A stretch of DNA of 64,000 nucleotides from Octopus sinensis (lineage: Eukaryota), in assembly GCF_006345805.1 (NCBI RefSeq), contig NC_042999.1, positions 88,102,001-88,166,000 on the forward strand. The letters run 5' to 3'. The first letter of the stretch is position 1; each line of letters starts with the position of its first letter. Below, one piece after another: positions 1-12,577 of this stretch. Below the pieces are notes generated by a model, which was not told the DNA's origin, ran no database searches, and worked only from the letters and a program-made list of their open reading frames with translations. Made by a program: the position numbers and the translations under genes.

Positions 1-129
1 GAGGTTGCGGACAGAAATTTACATTTATTAGTATAGCTTTTATGCATGCATACATGCATGCAAGTATGTATGCATGTATGTATGTATGTATATATATATG
101 TATGTATGTATGTATGTATGCATGTATGA

Positions 130-295
130 AAGGTTTTAGTTGAACAAATCGCCCCTTCCTCCCCCACCGAATCCTAGTACTCTTTCTATCGGCACTTTTG
201 CCGAACCGCTATGTTAATCGGACGTAAACACACTAACAGCGGTTGTCAAGCGGTGGAGAGGGCAAGCACAGACACCAAAAACACCAACATATAGA
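130..295 (-). mobile_element. SINE family A, 3' half only
   Basis: Matches the reverse-strand 3' module of full copies (ctagtact..tctatcgg..cttttgccgaaccgcta..acgtaaacacac..cggttgtcaagc); 5' half absent beyond the (TA)n tract. Confidence 0.75.
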
Positions 296-358
296 TATAT
301 ACACACATACACATGCACACACGTACACATACACACACACATACTTTATATATATCTG

Positions 359-419
<61 letters not shown>

Positions 420-972
420 CAAATAAGTAACAATGATGTCCAGGTATCAGTGCATTACGGCCGTGTCAAGCGGCTCCATTTAATCGATCAATGAAAACAT
501 TTATATCAATTTGAAATAAACCGCTCTCCTCAGAGCACCAATCATATAGATTTCCAACATAATGAATAAACCATTTTTTAGCGCAACTTACATCTGTACT
601 AGCAACCAAAATAATTACATTATTATTCCTTGCTATTTCATTGGCAGAATGAATTTAGTAAATACTGCATACATACAGTCTACTATGATTCAGAATAGCA
701 TAGTGGAATAGTGGAAGTCAAGAATGAGCGAAAGAGAGATAGTTAAATTTTCAGTCTCCATTATTACATTACTAAGATTATTTGCAGCATATTGTCTCCA
801 GCTCTTAAGAATTAAATCCTTTGGGAGTTGACAGTTAGGTTCCTGCTAGCGGTGATAAATTAATCAAATGTCAGATTGCTAGTAAGAGAATGACAAGGAA
901 AGGGAGGCGATAACTAGAGTGAGAAAGGAAGGGGTGGTTTAATCTATTTGATTATCAAATAAAAGGGGCATA

Positions 973-1132
973 AGGTGCAGGAGTGGCTGTGTGGTAAGTA
1001 GCTTGCTTACCAACCACATGGTTCTGGGTTCAGTCCCACTGCGTGACACCTTGGACAAGTGCCTTCTACTATAGAAGGCCAAAGCCTTCTGAGTGGATGT
1101 AGTAGACAGAAACTGGAAGAAGCCTGTTGTAT

Positions 1133-1206
<74 letters not shown>

Positions 1207-1415
1207 ACATTTGTGTGTCTGTGTTTTTCCCCCAACATTGCTTGACAACTGATGCTGGTGTGTTTACTTCCCCGTCACTTAGCGGTTCGGCAAGAGAGAC
1301 CAATAGAATAAGTACTAGGCTTACAAAGAATAATCCCTGGAGTCGATTTGCTCGACTAAAGGCGGTGCTCCAGCATGTCCGCAGTCAAATGACTGAAACA
1401 AATAAAAGAGTAAAA
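973..1415 (+). mobile_element. tRNA-derived SINE family A, full length
   Basis: A-box-like TGGCTGTGTGG, B-box-like GGTTCAGTCCC, central ..ccttggacaagtg..gtagacagaaactg.. domain, internal (TA)n, 3' end cagtcaaatgactgaaacaaataaaagag; repeated several times in the window. Confidence 0.9.
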
Positions 1416-1861
1416 AGAAAGAAAGAATAAGGTTGAAAACAAAAAGAGGTCAAAAGCCTTAAGGGTAGTTGTTAAAACTGAGGGTAACGAAACATATCTT
1501 AACTACGAAATTAAGTCAAAATTAAAATTAAGTGAAAAATTTAGAAGGTATTTTAGAAGCATATAGAGGAAAAAGGATAAATGAATAAACTTATATCCTA
1601 AAAATGGGGCACTTTAATATATAAGAGAAAGTTAATAAGGCTTCTCCTAAGTATAATACTAAGGTGGTCATGTTAAAACCATTCAAAAATGAATTTATAA
1701 TTGAATTAAATGTCATATAAGTAGGAGTACATAGTTTATTTTAAACCACGACCAGAATTTAGAGTTCAAACGATGAATGAAATAATCCCATATTGTGTAA
1801 AGTTATTAAAAAACACTTGAAGGTATAACATATCACTTATATCTTTATCTTTCTTCTTTTG

Positions 1862-2262
1862 CCTTTTACTTGTTTCAGTCATTTGACTGCGGCCATGCTG
1901 GAGCACCGCCTTTAGTCGAGCAAATCGACCCCGGGACTTATTCTTTGTAAGCCCAGTACTTATTTTATCGGTCTCTTTTGCCGAACCGCTAGGTGACGGG
2001 GACGTAAACACACTAGCATCGGTTGTCAAGCAATGCTAGGGGAACAAACGCACACACACAAACACATACACACACACACATATATATATACATATATACG
2101 ACAGGCTTCTTTCAGTTTCCGTCTACCAAATCCACTCACAAGGCATTGGTCGGCCCGGGGCTATAGCAGAAGACACTTGCCCAAGATGCCACGCAGTGGG
2201 ACTGAACCCGGAACCATGTGGTTGGTAAACAAGCTACTTACCACACAGCCACTCCTGCGCCT
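1862..2262 (-). mobile_element. tRNA-derived SINE family A, full length
   Basis: Reverse complement of the 973-1415 element along its whole length, with an internal (CA)n/(TA)n tract. Confidence 0.9.
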
Positions 2263-2537
2263 ATATATATAAATTTTATAAAATTTATGAAATATATCGT
2301 ATGATTATAATATAAATATAAATACCATATTTTATTACATTATACAATGAGTTAAACATAGAGAAATTCCAAACCCTTACACAATCAGTAGAAATTGCAC
2401 CAATATAAAGGAAGGTTTATAAACTTATAAAAAATAAAATAAGGGGCAAAAAAAGTATAAGTATGAATAAGTAAAAGACAAAATATTTTTATATAAACCC
2501 CTCTTATAAAGAATGTGTAAATTATAGGAGAATTTGT

Positions 2538-2763
2538 AAAGGAAAAAGAAAAGGAAAACAAGACCAAGGCAGGACGAGTACTTCATGTCATTAAAAATAT
2601 TTAATTACAGTAAGGTGAATCATAAAAGGAAAAGTTGAAGTAATTAGAATGCAGTCAGTAATTATATCTACTTCTCTCTTTTTTTTATTCACCTTACTCT
2701 AATTAAGTATTCTACATGACATGGGATACTCGACCTGCCTTAGATTTGTTTTCTTTTTCCTTT
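2538..2763. repeat. Long imperfect inverted repeat (foldback), about 105-bp arms and 12-nt loop
   Basis: Left arm ggaaaacaagaccaaggcaggacgagtacttcatgtcat..agtaaggtgaat..taatta (2538-2646) is the reverse complement of right arm taatta..attcaccttact..atgacatgggatactcgacctgccttagatttgttttctttttcc (2659-2763). Confidence 0.85.
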
Positions 2764-2979
2764 AATAGATACCCCCTGGCTCGAAAGCCTACTACGCATC
2801 CCTAGCTCCAGCCTCAGCTGTGAGCTTGGAACCTAACGGATGACCAATTATAGCAGTTACGCAGCGTACCTATTGGTTTAGATCATCAATGATCTAAACC
2901 CCTCATATTCTTTACACACACACGCGCGCGCACACACACACACAAACTCACATGTATATATATATAATACATATATATG

Positions 2980-3238
2980 CTCTTTTACTTGTTTCAGTCA
3001 TTTGACTGTAGCAATGCTGGAGCACCGCCTTCTGTCGAACAAATCGACCCCAGGACTTATTCTTTGCAAGCCTAGTACATATTCTATCGGTCTCTTTTGC
3101 CGAACCGCTAAATTACGGGGATGTAAACACACCAGCATCGGTTGTCAAGCGATCTTGGTGGGGAGAAACACGGACACACAAGTATGCACTCACATTCACA
3201 TACACAAACACACATATATATATATATACACACACACA

Positions 3239-3276
<38 letters not shown>

Positions 3277-3445
3277 TATATACACATATATACGACGTGC
3301 TTCTTTCAGTTTCCGTCAAATCCACTCCGAATGCTTGGGTTGGCCCGAGGCAATAGTAGAAGACACTTGCCCAAGGTGCCACGCAGTAGGAATGAACCCA
3401 GAACCATGTAGTTGGTAAGCAAGCTAATTACCACAAACCCACTCA
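2980..3445 (-). mobile_element. tRNA-derived SINE family A, near full length
   Basis: Reverse complement of family A with an internal (CA)n/(TA)n tract. Confidence 0.88.
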
Positions 3446-4804
3446 TAGTACCGCTCAGCATTTTTCCCACTTCGCCGCCTTAAGAAAACAGAATAACGTA
3501 CTGAATAAGGAAGACCGGGATATATTCCACCAATACGCCGCACTGGATTGCTTTTATTTTACATTGATCTCGACGGATGGAAGGAGAATTTGATCTTAGC
3601 GAGTTAGAGCGCAGGGAGTCGGAATATACGGCGTGATGCATTAGAAAGCTCAAACATCTGTGGAAATTCACTCTCCTACATTCTAAAACATAATCTTTCC
3701 AGGAATGGCTTAGACATGCATTATTTCGAGCTCGATGAAGAAGCAAGCACTCATCTATTCGATTAATTTAACTATTTGCGATTACAATAGTAATTTTTAA
3801 AGCTTACTATCTCAGAGTTACAAATCTTTGTTTAGCACGCAATTAGCAAGTGATTATTGAATTATTAATAAATATAAACGGAATTAACAGAAAGTGTCAT
3901 GGTTAGTATTTATTGTTAATTAGGGCTTTCTAAATTTAATTGTGCGCTAATTTATTTGGTGTATGATATATGTATATTTTGCTCTACTCAAAATATTATT
4001 CAAGGTAAAAGCTAGTTCAATTAGTTTCATTTCTAAATAGAAATTTTATTATTGCATATATTGAGGATATTAATTGCTATAAAATGACTTCATAAAACTC
4101 AGACTTAAAAATCTAAGTAATTTAAAGGAAAACCATAGCTTAGCGATATCATAAATTTAATAAGTCATTCCATTTCTGTATTTTTTTATTAATTTCTTCA
4201 TCTTAAATTTGACACTTCAACTTCATAGGACTAATTACTTATCAAATATATTCAATATTTTGAATTATTTAGGTTATTCAAAGTTTATTATTTTTTTGAT
4301 GACCTTCAGACATTTCAACTTTTGTACACAACAGAATCATTTCTTTGTTTACATTTTAACTAACAATTTATTGAATATTTTTCGATCTTTCCGGTTTTAC
4401 CATAAAATTAATTATACTTGTGTACAAAAGTTGAGTTTATAGATGTAATAAATAGTTTTGTGGATGATATAAAGTAGCTATTATAATAGTATAGTATTAA
4501 GCCGGGAAATATAAATTTTGTTGTGAAATTCTGTATAGAAAGAATCTTAGAAAGCAAAATATAACAGAACATTGATTTATGATTTCTGCAAAATTCCAAT
4601 GTAGAAAATAGAAATGTACAATTTTTCTGTTTACATTACAAAACATCCTTCACAGAAAGTTATTAGAATCCTAATTCTTGTTTACACCTAGTATATATAT
4701 ATATATGCGTGTATATGTACATGTAGAGGTAGGTACGTACATATATGTTTATATATATGCATATGTTCTATTTTATTAACATAATATATATATATATATA
4801 ATAT

Positions 4805-4837
<33 letters not shown>

Positions 4838-6795
4838 TGTGAAATGGAAAGTTTTGCTACTTAAAGTTTAAAATATTGTTAATTCTGGCGTAAAACCCAT
4901 GAGAAAAACTCTATAATACATATAATAATTTTTTTCTTACCCTGTGAAATTATGAAGATAAAGTACGCCGATTATAACAGTCTAAAATTTGCCATTTACT
5001 AAAAAGTATTGCTAAAAATCTAAAGGAAAAATGCAATGAATCAAAAACTTTTAATGCCTAATGATAAAAATAAGCAAACTAGAAACTAACAATAAAATCT
5101 AAAAACTATAATTTAACGTTGAGTTTGTAAATTCTTACCAATAATCGGTGAGGTATGAAGACCCATGAAAATTATCGCATAACACAATCTAAATCTAATA
5201 CGTTTGGGAAGAATTTAAGCAAACATATTTTGCTTCATGCACTTTTTAGATACTGGTTTATTAGATGTTGAATTATTAACAGGGCATATATTTACCAATG
5301 CGTATGAGGGGAACTGCATATCAGTAATGAAAAATATACACAGACGTGCTGCTTTTATTATGAGTTTTCTTCAGAAAAAATCGAAGAAAATATCAATAAT
5401 TCTTTATTATAAAACAACAAAATTTAATTTCGCTAGTATTTCTTATGAAAAACTCTAAACTTATGAAGCATACTAACATTGAACTCATGTTTAAAGAGTT
5501 GCAGTCTTTCGATATTTATAACAAGCGAAGTGGCGATTTTTCTCATGAAACAATTATTTTAGACACGTCAACTAAACTAATAAGAACGGAGAATATTTAT
5601 GTGTTAAGATTTTATTAAATGTTGGTGAAGCTATTAAAACTGAGAGTTGTCAATGCGATCAATAATTGTTATTCGAGAAATTAACCAATCAAAATAAAGT
5701 GTTTTCATTAAGCATTTATCTGTTTAAATATTCAGAACATTAGATTAGTACTCTGTTTGAATTGAGATCTACTTACAATGTTTTTTCTGTCAATTGTAAA
5801 TAATGCAAAGTAATTTGATCATAAAGATAGCAACATTCCTAGTGCAAATCGTTTTTTAATGGTAACAAACTTCATTGTTTTGTGAGTAATATATTTTTTC
5901 ATTAATCGCAAGTTTATAGCAACACACGCTTGCAAGTTTGGTTCTGTCTTCTTATATAGCTACAAGGAGCCATAATTCAAATAGGGGAGAAATTAATTCC
6001 CCTTACAATCATATCTTTCTGAATAAAAACAGAAGCGTATACAAATGGTTAGAATTAGAAATTAAAAGTAGATCACAGACTCAAATCGCAAGAACATATC
6101 TCAGAAGGTTATCATTTGCCGTTGGGAATACTGTATTTGAAAAGAAGCGCTATCCTCTTTATTATCAAATATAATGTAGGATATTTAAACTTCAATTCTT
6201 TTCTGAAGTATCAACGTCTAGATAGATAGTCCACTTCTGGATATATTGAAATAGTTGTCTTTATTGAGAGTGGGTACAGCAAGACCGATTGATTAAAGAC
6301 TTTACTTCGCAATCTTGAGGTCCTAGATTCAATTCCTCAGGTGGTATCTTGGACAAACGCCATTTAACATAGGATGGGGTCGATCTAAGCATTGCGAATA
6401 AAATGTAGTAGGCGGAAACATTGGAAGCATCGCAGGATGAATTGTGCCAATAATTCAAAGAGTCATCTTTGTGATACTCTGTTAAACGTTGATCCCATTC
6501 AAGGATTATGTTAAGGAAACACGTATTTGTGGAAAACTCAGCCACATACTAAATTCAATGAGCAGATATTTTAATCAAGAGAACAACTGAATACTCGTCG
6601 TCGAAATCGCCGAAGAGCCATTTTCCTTCCTTTCCTGGGGGCATTAGTAGCGTAAAGTGAATTGACTTCAGCCTAGAGAAAATAGAAAAGATAAAATATA
6701 GCTTCAACATAATAGCATATTATTTAATCAATTTAAAATACTTTCTGCAATATTACTTCTTCCTTAACTTTTACTAACGTACGTCATCATCATCA

Positions 6796-6839
6796 TTCTT
6801 CTTCTTCTTCTTCTTCTTCTTCTTCTTCTTCTTCTTCTT

Positions 6840-6912
<73 letters not shown>
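6796..6912. repeat. Compound microsatellite (TTC)n-(TTA)n
   Basis: Directly visible. Confidence 0.95.
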
Positions 6913-6913
<1 letters not shown>

Positions 6914-8309
6914 TTTCTTTTAATTGAGGAAAAAATATGGTTGAGTTTTTTTTATGACAGACTTAATCATTTTGTTTCGCGAAAATAACCTTCTTGGCTG
7001 ATTTTAAAATTAACATTTTAACATCTTGTCATTGTTAACTAACGCAAATACTTTTTCGGGTTAACAGTAACAAAAATAAAGAATATGTTACATTTACATT
7101 TTAGATGAGTTTCATGTTTTTGTCATTTTATGGCAATATTTTTTTCTTCGCGTATGAGATGACTTAATAAATTTACAAGTAGCTTTTGGATGATTGTGTA
7201 ACTGAATTCTTCCTCGCCATTTGCAAACAAAGTGTTGGTAGCTTCAAACATTAAAATTTAGACAATGCTGCTGTTAATAATAATATCTCGAATATAGTAT
7301 GAAATTTGATATTCTCGAAATAAACCAAACATCAGTTTTCAAATACCTTATTCTATCGATACGGGTTTTCATTTCATGAGCGCTTTATAATGTATTAGTG
7401 ACTACTTTATAAACGAAAATAATATGAGAAAATATCCACTAGAGATTTTTTTTTTCTTTACTGTAATCAAAGCCATCACTAAAATACCACTTTAAGAGTT
7501 TTCAAAGTCTTGAAATAGTAACCAAGATAACTTTTAACTTTTGTCTTAAGAAAGGCCATTGATTTTCGTGCTATTTATGTTTATTTTTACAATTCCCATA
7601 AAATACGCTAGCTATTTTTGGTGGGTTATTTTCTTAAACGTATTTTGCCGTCATGTCTAGACACGGTTGTTTAAAAGACTTCCTGAAACCATGAAAATTA
7701 GAACAGAAAACATTTCTCCGATTTCCTCAGAATCATCATTTATACATGATTACTTTTCCCATTTCTTTCTCATACGTGATAGTTCTGAAACAACAAATGG
7801 AATCAATACATTGTACCATTTTGATAATTAATGCAATTCAAGTATACTCGGTCATAATCTAATTGGACAGTTACTGCCGCCATCCTTTTATGTAATTCTG
7901 TACATTTTTATAATACAATCAACTTTTATAATATTTATTGAAATATGGTAACTTATTCAACTTATTTCATAATCTGACTAAAACTTCCATGAAACGAAAA
8001 TACATATTTGTGGAATAAGTGACACAAGATCACAAATTTATGAAAGTCAAATGAGTAAATTGTCTCCAATACTTGAATGATATTGAATTTTTCAATGCTA
8101 CGATGATGGGAGTTCAAGCCATCTTCGACGAATTTGAACTGAAACGATAATGCAAAATTAATGACAGAAAGTATATCTTGTAGTCTTCTAATTTTAAGGG
8201 AGGAAATAAATTCACACCATGCAAATAATAAAATGCAAAATGACGCAACCTAGAGTTATGTACACACACAAATACACGGAGCTATATATACTTACATATC
8301 ACTACATAT

Positions 8310-8313
8310 TCAA

Positions 8314-8345
<32 letters not shown>

Positions 8346-8360
8346 ATGATAATAATGATG

Positions 8361-8400
<40 letters not shown>

Positions 8401-8440
8401 TAATAATATAATAATAATAATAATCATAATAATAATAATC

Positions 8441-8473
<33 letters not shown>
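8310..8473. repeat. (TA)n then (TAA)n microsatellite
   Basis: Directly visible; abuts the 5' end of a SINE A copy. Confidence 0.95.
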
Positions 8474-8835
8474 GGAGTGGTGTGTGGTAAGTAGCTTGCT
8501 TACGAACCACGTGGTTCCGGGTTCAGTCTCACTGCGTGGCACCTTGGGCAAGTGTCTTCTACTATAGCCTCGGAACGACCAAAAGCCCCTCATATATATG
8601 TATATATCTATATATGTATGTATGTGTTTGTGTCTGTGTTTGTCCCTCCAACATCGCTTGAAACCGATGGTGGTGTGTTTACGTCACCGTAACTTAGCGG
8701 TTCGGCAAAAGAGAAACTGATAGATTAAGTACTAGGCTTACAAAGAATAAGTCCTGGGTTCGATTTGTTCGACTAAAGGCGGTGCTCCAGCATCGCCGCA
8801 GTCATATGACTGAAACAAATAAAAGAGTAAAGAGT

Positions 8836-8836
<1 letters not shown>
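8474..8836 (+). mobile_element. tRNA-derived SINE family A, with partial loss of the central domain
   Basis: ggagtggtgtgtggtaagtagcttgc..gggttcagtctc..ccttgggcaagtg..; 3' end gcagtcatatgactgaaacaaataaaagagtaaagag. Confidence 0.88.
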
Positions 8837-8917
<81 letters not shown>

Positions 8918-8923
8918 TAATAA
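8836..8923. repeat. (CAA)n-(TAA)n microsatellite between the SINE and R4 element 1
   Basis: Directly visible. Confidence 0.95.
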
Positions 8924-11900
8924 CACCGGGGGACGTTTAAGATGTAAGAAGGAAAATTCAGAGCTCCGAAATCTATCCACAAACATCGAAAACAAGGACA
9001 TCTTATGGAGCCAAAGTTTTACTAACAAAGAATTGGACTGTATCCGAGTAAGTAATACTATTTGAAATTTATTACTATTTTCGAAACGAAATGATGTATT
9101 TTGACTCGATATCATCTCCACCTCTAACGCAACACATGTAAACATGCGTGGAACATCACGATCATCCCCGACCCCAAACACCATGTACAAAGGAACTACG
9201 AAGAAATTAAATGCCACCGATACTATTCAACCCAAGAATAACAATCGAGCGGTACGTACATTAAACTTACAACAAAAAATGTACGAAAAACTACACGTGC
9301 GAAATAATGTGACAACAGAAATAAACGGACCGGTACCCTACGAAAATGACGACCGTCAAAATAATGGGCCGGACGTTGTACCTCATGTCCCGCAAATAAA
9401 ACCCAAAAGACGTAAATGGGCACGTGAGGAATACATTTCTATCTTACACGCATACTACACAGCAGTACTCTACCCAAAAAATGAAAATACAACAACACAT
9501 ACATATAAAATATGGAAGGAAAATAATAGAGATATAGACTTGGATACAGCAATGAACCCTAATAAATTAGCTAACGTACGAAGATACATTCTCAACACAA
9601 AAAAATATCAGATATAGAAATAGAACACCTAAAAGAAAACATACACCAGGAAAATGTAGATAGAAGCCACACAACAATGCCCAATAATATAAACACTGAA
9701 ACTGTAAAACACGAAGACAAACGCAACATTCCCAACAAACACGATGTAAACAACGAAGGGGAGCCTAATGATTATGATAATATAAAAAATAAAATAATCA
9801 AAGAACTGAAAACCACAGAGCTCAAAATGGACCACCGACCATACCTCCCAAGAATCAAAATAAACGAAATAACAACACCTATTATAAACAGCATAAACCT
9901 AGCCGTCACTGAACTGATAGCCACTGAATAAAAAAAAAGTGATATCACTGAGCTAAATAACTTAATAAACGCAGCAGCCACTGCAGCCACAAAAGAAGCT
10001 GGATACTCACCCAAACTCACCCAAACAGGAGTACCACCACCCAAACAATCCATGTGGATAAATAACATCCCAAGCAAAATAAAAAAAATTAGAAAAGACC
10101 TGTCGATTCTTAATGAAATCAGCAAACAATCAACGCTACTGAGCAACAAAAAGAGAACAAAAATACTCCGCAAATATATCATCACAGAGAAAGATTTGCC
10201 TGAAATAAAAGAAAAGCTGAAGCAAGATATCCTTGCCAAAGCACAAAGGATCCGCCGGTACAAGAAACGCCAACGCTTCTTTGAAGAAAACAAAAAGTTC
10301 AACTCCAACCCCAAAAAGTTCTACCAAGAACTGGGCAAAAATAAAATAGAAGTCACTGCAGCACCAACGGCAGAAGAATTGGAAGAATTCTGGAGAGAAA
10401 TATGGTCGGCGAACGAACCACCAAAAAAAAGGAGTATCAAAATAACAACTCGGCATCTGAACAACTTTGGACCCCCATAACAACTGAAGAGGTCACCCAG
10501 GCACTGCAAAGACTAAGCAACTGGAAGGCACCTGGGCATGACAAGATCCCCAACTTCTGGTTGAAATATCTAACAGGAATGCACAAAAAGCTGGCTGAAA
10601 ACTTTAACAACGTACTAGCAGAGCCAGAGACAATGCCTGAATGGCTCAGGAAGGGGAAAACCATCTTAATTCCCAAATCAAATAAAACAGAAAAACCAGA
10701 AAAATACAGACCAATAACCTGCCTCCCTACTATGTTCAAGACATTTACTGTAGTGATATCACAAAGGCTGAACAAGCACCTGGACGAAAACAAACTGTTC
10801 CCAGAAGAGCAGAAAGGATGCCGCAAAGGCTCATATGGCTGTAAAGATCAACTAATGATTAATAAAGCCATAACTGAAGACAGCCACAGAAAGAAGAAAG
10901 GCCTCAGTATGTCCTGGATTGACTACAAAAAGGCGTTTGATAGCATCCCCCACACATGGATCCAACAATCATCAAATTGATAGAGCACTCTATGAATAAA
11001 TGGCAAACAGTCCTACACCTCCAAACAAAAGAGGGACTCATGAAAACCAAAGACATCCCCATTAGAAGAGGAATATTCCAGGGAGACACGCTCTCTCTAC
11101 TCCTTTTCTGCTTGGCACTGTCACCTCTATCTGATATGCTAAATAGAACTGGATGCGGATATAAATGTTACGGCAAAACGATCAGCCACCTTTTATATAT
11201 GGATGACCTAAAACTATACGCTGCAAATGACAAACAGCTGGAAACACTATTAAAGAGAGTTTATGGATTTACCAAAGAAATAGATATGAAATTTGGATTA
11301 GAAAAATGCGCCAAAGTAACCATGAAAAGAGGAAAACTATTTAAGAGTAACAACATCACACTAGATAAAACCAATGAAATAAAAGAATTAGACCAAAGCC
11401 AAACTTACAAATACTTAGGAATCCATGAACTAGATAAGACACAACACACACAAATGAAAGAGAACATAAAAAAAGAATATTATAGACGAGTTAGATCAAT
11501 ACTAAACACAGAGCTCAATGCTAAAAACAAGATAATAGGTATCAGCACTTTAGCTGTCCCAGTTATAAGTTACAGCTACAATATCCTTAACTGGACACGA
11601 AATGAACTGACCAAAATAGATTGGAAAACAAGAAAAATACTGACAGGATCTAGGATGCATCACCCAAAATCTGACATAGAAAGACTATATATACAACGTA
11701 TAGAAGGTGGTAGAGACAATAGTTGAGAAGCTCAGGACTCAAAGCAGAAACAGAGGGATTTTTAATTGCAGCACAAGACCAAAGCCTCCCCACCAGAAAT
11801 TACCAAAAACATGTAATGAAAAGAAATATTACAAGTAACTGCAGAATATGTGGAGATGGACAAGAAACAATAAATCATGTTATCTCTAGCTGCCCAGTCC

Positions 11901-12502
11901 TGGCTAAGAAGGAATATATTCACAGACATGACAGAGTTGGAACCTACATACATTGGAAGCTATGCCAACATTATGGAATAACAACAGAAAAAAGATGGTA
12001 TAGGCACACACCAGAAAAGGTCACAGAAAACGAGAAAGCAACCATACTCTGGGATATGCCGATACACACAGATAGAGAAATTAAGGCCAACATACCAGAT
12101 ATAGCTGTCAGAGATCATGAAGGAAAAAAATGCTTTCTAATTGATGTATCAATAACGGCTGATGACAACGTGTCTCTAAAAGAAATGGAGAAACTCTCAA
12201 AATACAAAGACCTGGAAATAGAGGTAACTAGAATGTGGAATCTGAAAACAGAAACAATTCCTATCATAGTAGGTGCATTAGGCATGATAAAAAAATATTC
12301 AGACAAATACATAACAAAACACCAGGACTTACAAACACATATAACATACAGAAAATTGCACTACTAGGCACTGCACACATCCTACGCAGAACACTTTCCA
12401 TACAATAACCATCAGAGCATCACAACAAATCACAGCACATACCCAAGGCACACAGAGCTGCGCTCGGTAGTGAAGTGAAAGCACGCTATAAAAATAAAAC
12501 TA

Positions 12503-12505
<3 letters not shown>
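8924..12505 (+). mobile_element. R4/Dong-clade non-LTR retrotransposon 1, near full length, decayed
   Basis: N-terminal RRKWAREEY motif, RT motifs (WKAPGHD, YRPITCLPT, EQKGCR, WIDYKKAFDS, RGIFQGD, YMDDLKLY), CCHC knuckle CRIC..TINHVISSC, RLE PDIAV..LIDVS..K..KYKDL; flanked by (TAA)n on both sides; several stops and frameshifts. Confidence 0.93.
9144..12408 (+). pseudogene. Disrupted RT-RLE polyprotein of element 1
   Basis: ORF fragments 9144-9617, 9677-9931, 10052-10480, 10402-10980, 10956-11726, 11723-12367; after a late frameshift it ends ..IALLGTAHILRRTLSIQ* (TAA 12406-12408). Confidence 0.9.
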
Positions 12506-12570
<65 letters not shown>

Positions 12571-12577
12571 TAATAAT
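12506..12577. repeat. (TAA)n tail of R4 element 1
   Basis: Directly follows the 3' UTR. Confidence 0.95.

Noticed and set aside
1465-1505. Hammerhead-like CTGAGGG..GAAAC
   Set aside because: Core deviates at A9, no stem II, mismatched stem III, and it lies on the purine-rich strand unlike the supported hammerheads.
4400-6020. Several small minus-strand exon-like pieces (TVIIGVLYLHNFT at 4941-4981, LCYAIIFMGLHTSPII at 5139-5188, and others)
   Set aside because: Splice phases are incompatible between neighbours and such hits are expected by chance in AT-rich DNA.
6272-6360. tRNA-like segment with a B-box-like gattcaattcc
   Set aside because: No cloverleaf; at most a decayed SINE head.
8924-9100. 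HDV-like ribozyme at the 5' end of R4 element 1
   Set aside because: No P1 complement for GGGGGAC and no recognisable P3/L3 motif.
8738-12312. Minus-strand ORFs overlapping element 1, and similar ones over elements 2 and 3 and the PLE at 42570
   Set aside because: Antisense shadows of retroelement coding sequence.
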